Source: Alphaproteobacteria bacterium (GTDB lineage: Bacteria; Pseudomonadota; Alphaproteobacteria; MPNO01; UBA830). From it: DNA of 64,000 nucleotides. A program made the position numbers and the translations under genes. The stretch lies in contig OZ219791.1 of the NCBI GenBank assembly GCA_964291215.2, positions 2,176,001 through 2,240,000 on the forward strand. The letters are read 5' to 3'. The notes under the pieces were generated by a model. That model saw nothing but the letters and a program-made list of their open reading frames with translations, did not search any database and was not told the DNA's origin. Below, one piece after another: positions 59,770-64,000 of this stretch; the first letter of the stretch is position 1, and every line of letters starts with the position of its first letter.

Positions 59770-60560
59770 TGAGGGCCGTGTCTCCTTCGCTCACTCACCG
59801 GTGCTTCGGTCGACCAGCAACGCTGCTGTCGCAGCAAGGTGTTCGCCAGAGCTTGCGCATCACGGCGACAATGGCGACTTTGTGGGCCTTGCCGGCGGTC
59901 TTGTGGCGCACCAGATCCGCGTTGAAGCGTGCTGCCGAGGTCGCGGCCAGGAGATCGCGTGGCCTCCGGCGCCCGCCTCGGATATGCCGAGCACCGTGGC
60001 CACTGTCGTTGGCCATCGGCGCCACCCCGATCAAGGCTGCCGACGCTGCCGAGTTCGGGCATCCAACAAAGAAGGGCTGCGGCGGTCACTGGACCGGGGA
60101 TCGAGGTCAGGGTACCTCTGCTCGGGATCACCGGCGATCACCGCTTTGATCGCCGCGCCGGCAATGCGGTCATCGAGATCGGCCGCCGAAGCCCTTGTGA
60201 CGGTCTCGCCATCCACCTCATCTGCCACTTGCCTCAACTTGGTCCGCACGTCGACAAGCGCGGCGCGCGATACTAGGAGATCCCCCAGGCAGTTGAGGAA
60301 GGCTTCCTGAGGAGCCACAGGCTCGAGATCGCCGAGCACCGTGCCGATCTTGGCCAGCGCGTCAACGCGGTTGGCCAGATGGCCCAAAGCCTCGGCGAAG
60401 CCCTCAACGGGCAGGACAACCTCGAAGCCCCGGTCATGAAGACACTGGTGAACCTTGCGGTGATAGCGGCCTGTCGCCCACCACACGGGTTACCTCGAGG
60501 CTGCGAAGCCACGTGCCCGTGGCGTCGTTCGTAAAACGACGCCCCAGATGTCCAGACTGG
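59770..60560 (-). mobile_element. IS110-family transposase remnant
   Basis: LTSIPGPVTAAALL..MPELG, GVAPMANDSG...RHIRGGR, GKAHKVAIVAVMRKL. Confidence 0.75.
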
Positions 60561-61192
60561 CCTTGCTGACCCCTGCTACTACCTTAACCATCGTTCCTCG
60601 CCTTATGATGATACGGTTCAAACCCAAGCATCCATTCAGGACGCAAGGGACGCCAAAGGAGGTTGCCACGCTCGGGAACGGCTCTATAAAGCCAAGGACG
60701 GAACGGCAACCTCCGCGGAGATCGTTTGATCCCCGCTCCCCTGTACGTTCTCACACAGGGGAGCGGAATCTCTTTGCAACCATAGCTCTCCCATAGTCGA
60801 GGTTATCCACATTTTCCCGCCCCCAACTGCTGTGGATGATTTCATCATCAAGGGGACAAAACCTAGTCATATAAGGACGGTCTCGATATTCCGGGCGCTG
60901 GTGCGCAGGCGCCCGCGTTGTCTTGTCGTCTGTGGCTGAAGCGCACGGCCGTTGCCCGGCCTTCTCGACGGTGATCTCGTAGTGCCGGGCGACGGTGGAG
61001 AAGCGCTGCCTGAGACCGCTCTCCGGCACCTTGTCGTGGCGCCGGCCCTTGGAGGTGGAGCTTTGCCGCCTCGAAGCCCTGCGGTCAGGAATGGCGTCCT
61101 CGGCCCTCTTACTGCTCTCCACGCCGCGCCATCCTTGCTGGCAAGGCGCCTGCACTTCGTGGTTGGTGCTGATGATCAGCAGGGCCTCGGGC

Positions 61193-62351
61193 CACGGCGA
61201 TCCCACGCTAGGTTTGTTGGAAGGGTCGGTTTCGCTTGTTCAGGATGATTCGTATTTTCGCTGGCTTTTTGTGAAGCGGCGTAGTATCCGTTGTCGTGGG
61301 GGCAGCGGATTTTTTTGAGACGACTCCGGAGGGTTTTGAGCTCCGGGATGTGGTTGTGCGCCTTGCGCGGCCTGGTGCCGCTGGAACCGTGTGGTTGACC
61401 GTATCTTGGTTTCAAGCAGTTTGCCGGTCGAGGTCTGCGCTACGTGTTCACTTGGCGCGGGCGGTGGATTGGCACTGCAGGCTGGCAGACGGGCGCCCTC
61501 AGCTGCGCACCCGTTGGATTGGCTGGCGCCGCGAGGAACAGTTCAGGCGGTTGCCGGGAACAACACGAGGTTTGTTGTTCTTGGTGGTCGTTTCCGGGCC
61601 TTGCCTCGTTTGCGTTGTCGCGGATGGTGCGGCGGCGACCGGGAGGCTGCCGTTGCTTGTTGGGGAGTCGTTTGTCTCGCCGACGAAGTTCAGCGGCACC
61701 ATGTACAAGGCGGCGAACTAGGAGTGCGTTGGCAGGAGCCATGAGCGCGCCAGCGGGCGCCGACCGGGGAGGCGAAGGATCCTTACGTGTTTCCGCTGCG
61801 TTGTGACGCGGGATCGTTCGCCGCTTCCTGTGGCGTGGGAGTTGCGGGCGCCGCTGGTCGGCGCAGGAGTTGCGCTCGATTTATCAGCACTCGGTCGAGC
61901 GCGCCTCGCCGCAACAGTTGCTCGCATGGAATCGCGGGCACCGGGTGGTTGAGAGCCATCATCATGTCCGCGACGCCACCTTCCGCGAAGACGACTCCAT
62001 GCTCCGAACGCGCCCGCAAACAACGCGATCAACCTCGCAATCGCCGTCATCATCCGCAACAAGCTGCGCAAATCCTTCAACAGCTTCGTCGACACCACCA
62101 TGCCGACAAGCGCAAGCAGGTCCTGCACGCAATCACAAGACCAGGCTGACCGCGCCCCTCTCCCCGACAGAAACCGCAAGCTTTCGAGCCCGACAACCAA
62201 GGCCTCTCGCTCGCCCCGGATAGGCCGACCAATCGCGCCCCGCGCCGCAACAGCGCGTCAGCAAATCTCAAAATCGCAGCCTCGAACGCGTCGACCCGCG
62301 CCGCGATCAGGACTCCGATCACATCACATCAACAAGCATGGGATCACCTTG
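61193..62351 (+). mobile_element. Degenerate ISAs1-like element with DUF4338-like N-terminal region
   Basis: Ends CACGGCGATCCCACGCT / CATGGGATCACCTTG; RWIGW..EEQFRRL, ESFV.P..FSGTMYKAAN, RGHRVVESHHHVRDATFREDDS. Confidence 0.65.
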
Positions 62352-62471
62352 CGATTGCGGCGATTGCCCTTGCGAACTCCACCCGCCTCGGCCATACTGG
62401 AACCCAAACAAAAGTTGTTGTAGCCTTTGAGGGTTCACACCGGATCTGACCAATTACTCGGAGGGAGTGTT

Positions 62472-63740
62472 ATGAGTGAACAACAAGGGATCGGGCGTCG
62501 CAGTTGGCTGAAATGTTCCGTTGCCGCCGTGGTCCTGGCAGCCAGCGCGGCCGTCATCTCGCCGGCGCAGGCCCAGAACACGATCAAGATCGGTTTCGGC
62601 ATGGCATTGACCGGAGGTCTTGCGGGCGCCGGCAAGGCTGCGCTGATCGCCATGCAGATCTGGCGCGACGACACCAATGCCAAGGGCGGCATCCTCGGAA
62701 AGCAGGTCGAGCTCGTCTACTATGACGACCAGACCAATTCCGCGACCGTTCCCGGCATCTACACCAAGCTCCTCGATGTCGACAAGGTCGACTTCGTGGT
62801 CTCGGGATACGGCACCAACCTGATCGCGCCGGCGATGCCGATCGTGATGCAGCGGGGCCTGGTATTCCCGTCGCTGTTCGGTCTGGCCGTAAACGAGAAA
62901 TTCAAGTATCCGAACTACTTCCAGATCATGCCGGCAGGCCCCAAGCCGCTTACCGACTGGTCACGCGGTTTCTTCGAACTGGCAATGGCACAGGACCCCA
63001 AGCCGAAGACCATCGCCCTGGTGGGCGCCGATGCGGAATTCGCTCGCAACGCGGTCAAGGGCGCCCGCCTGCACGCCAAACGGGTCGGGCTCAAGATCGT
63101 CTATGACCAGACCTACCCGCCCAGGACCCCGGACTACACGCCGATCGTGCGTGCAATCCAGGCTCGCAAGCCCGACATCGTCTATGTCGGCTCCTACCCG
63201 CCGGATTCGGCCGGCATGGTGAAAGCAGCCAGCGAAGTCGGACTTAAGACCAAGATGTTCGGCGGCGGCATGGTCGGCTTGCAGTACGCGTCGATCATGG
63301 GGGCGCTCGGACCGAAGCTCAACGGCATCGTCAACTACGATTTCTGGGTGCCGGAGCCAACCCTGAAGTTCGAGGGTGTCGAGGCCTTCCTCGCCAAGTA
63401 CCAGAAGCTGGCCAAGGGCAAGGGCGTCGACCCGCTCGGCTACTACCTGCCACCCTACGCCTACGCCTACCTGCAGGTGCTTGAACAGGCCATCACGGCG
63501 ACCAAGAGCATGGACCATGCCAAGGTCGGAGCACACATGCGCAAGGCAACTTTCGACACCGTGGTCGGCAAGGTCAAGTTCGCGCCGAACGGCGAGTGGG
63601 CCACGACGCGCGCCCTGATGGTCCAGTATCAGGGCATCAAGGACAACAAGCTGGAGACCTTCACGAAGTCTGGAACGCGGGTTGTCCTGTATCCGACAGA
63701 ATGGAAATCCGGCAAGATCAACTATCCCTATACGAAATAG
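62472..63740 (+). CDS. Branched-chain amino acid-type ABC substrate-binding protein with Tat-like signal
   Basis: GRRSWLK signal, [35 protein letters not shown]. Confidence 0.9.
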   Translation: MSEQQGIGRRSWLKCSVAAVVLAASAAVISPAQAQNTIKIGFGMALTGGLAGAGKAALIAMQIWRDDTNAKGGILGKQVELVYYDDQTNSATVPGIYTKLLDVDKVDFVVSGYGTNLIAPAMPIVMQRGLVFPSLFGLAVNEKFKYPNYFQIMPAGPKPLTDWSRGFFELAMAQDPKPKTIALVGADAEFARNAVKGARLHAKRVGLKIVYDQTYPPRTPDYTPIVRAIQARKPDIVYVGSYPPDSAGMVKAASEVGLKTKMFGGGMVGLQYASIMGALGPKLNGIVNYDFWVPEPTLKFEGVEAFLAKYQKLAKGKGVDPLGYYLPPYAYAYLQVLEQAITATKSMDHAKVGAHMRKATFDTVVGKVKFAPNGEWATTRALMVQYQGIKDNKLETFTKSGTRVVLYPTEWKSGKINYPYTK

Positions 63741-63897
63741 GGACGAATCGAGTACGGGCCGGCGAAGCATTGTCCCGGTCGCGGACGCGACCGGGATTGC
63801 CCGCTGGCCCTTCTCCGGACAGGACCACCCAACCGCTTCCAAACCCCGCAGCCGCAACCCGACAACAGGCAGCCAGCGGGCCGGCACAGGATAATCC

Positions 63898-64000
63898 GTG
63901 TTTACAATTGACCTTTTCCTGAATGCGATCGTTGTCGGCATCCTGCTCGGGGGCTTCTATGCCGCTGTCAGTCTCGGGCTGACGATCGCTTTCGGCCAGC
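63898..64000 (+). CDS. LivH-like ABC permease, 5' end
   Basis: MFTIDLFLNAIVVGILLGGFYAAVSLGLTIAFGQ. Confidence 0.8.
   Translation, partial: MFTIDLFLNAIVVGILLGGFYAAVSLGLTIAFGQ

Noticed and set aside
1-64000. CRISPR array, cas genes, rRNA or riboswitch
   Set aside because: No regularly spaced repeats or recognisable motifs found by eye; an Rfam/CRISPR scan would be needed to exclude weak cases

Overview
GC-rich bacterial chromosomal window, most likely alphaproteobacterial (tRNA-Cys-pcm-tolC-valS and ilvD-xth-erpA synteny). Intact housekeeping and catabolic genes alternate with many heavily eroded insertion sequences (IS66, IS30, IS630, IS5, IS110, IS1634-like, ISAs1-like) and small MITE derivatives, several with intact terminal inverted repeats and target-site duplications. 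Two tRNAs are present (Asn-GTT, Cys-GCA) and I saw no CRISPR array. The most interesting region is an accessory island at about 46.3-57.2 kb behind two tandem tyrosine integrases. It carries a compact seven-gene module: ACP-like protein, XRE repressor, ImmA/IrrE metallopeptidase with a C-terminal chagasin-like (I42) inhibitor domain, papain-like C1 peptidase and divergent thymidylate-synthase-like enzyme, converging on a MazG/MazG-C pyrophosphohydrolase plus uracil-DNA-glycosylase pair. A type ISP R-M remnant and a Schlafen/AlbA-HATPase gene follow. I infer a protease-gated, uracil/thymine-centred defence or base-modification system; three of its genes carry apparent single lesions in this copy. 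All family calls come from motif recognition by eye, with no database searches.
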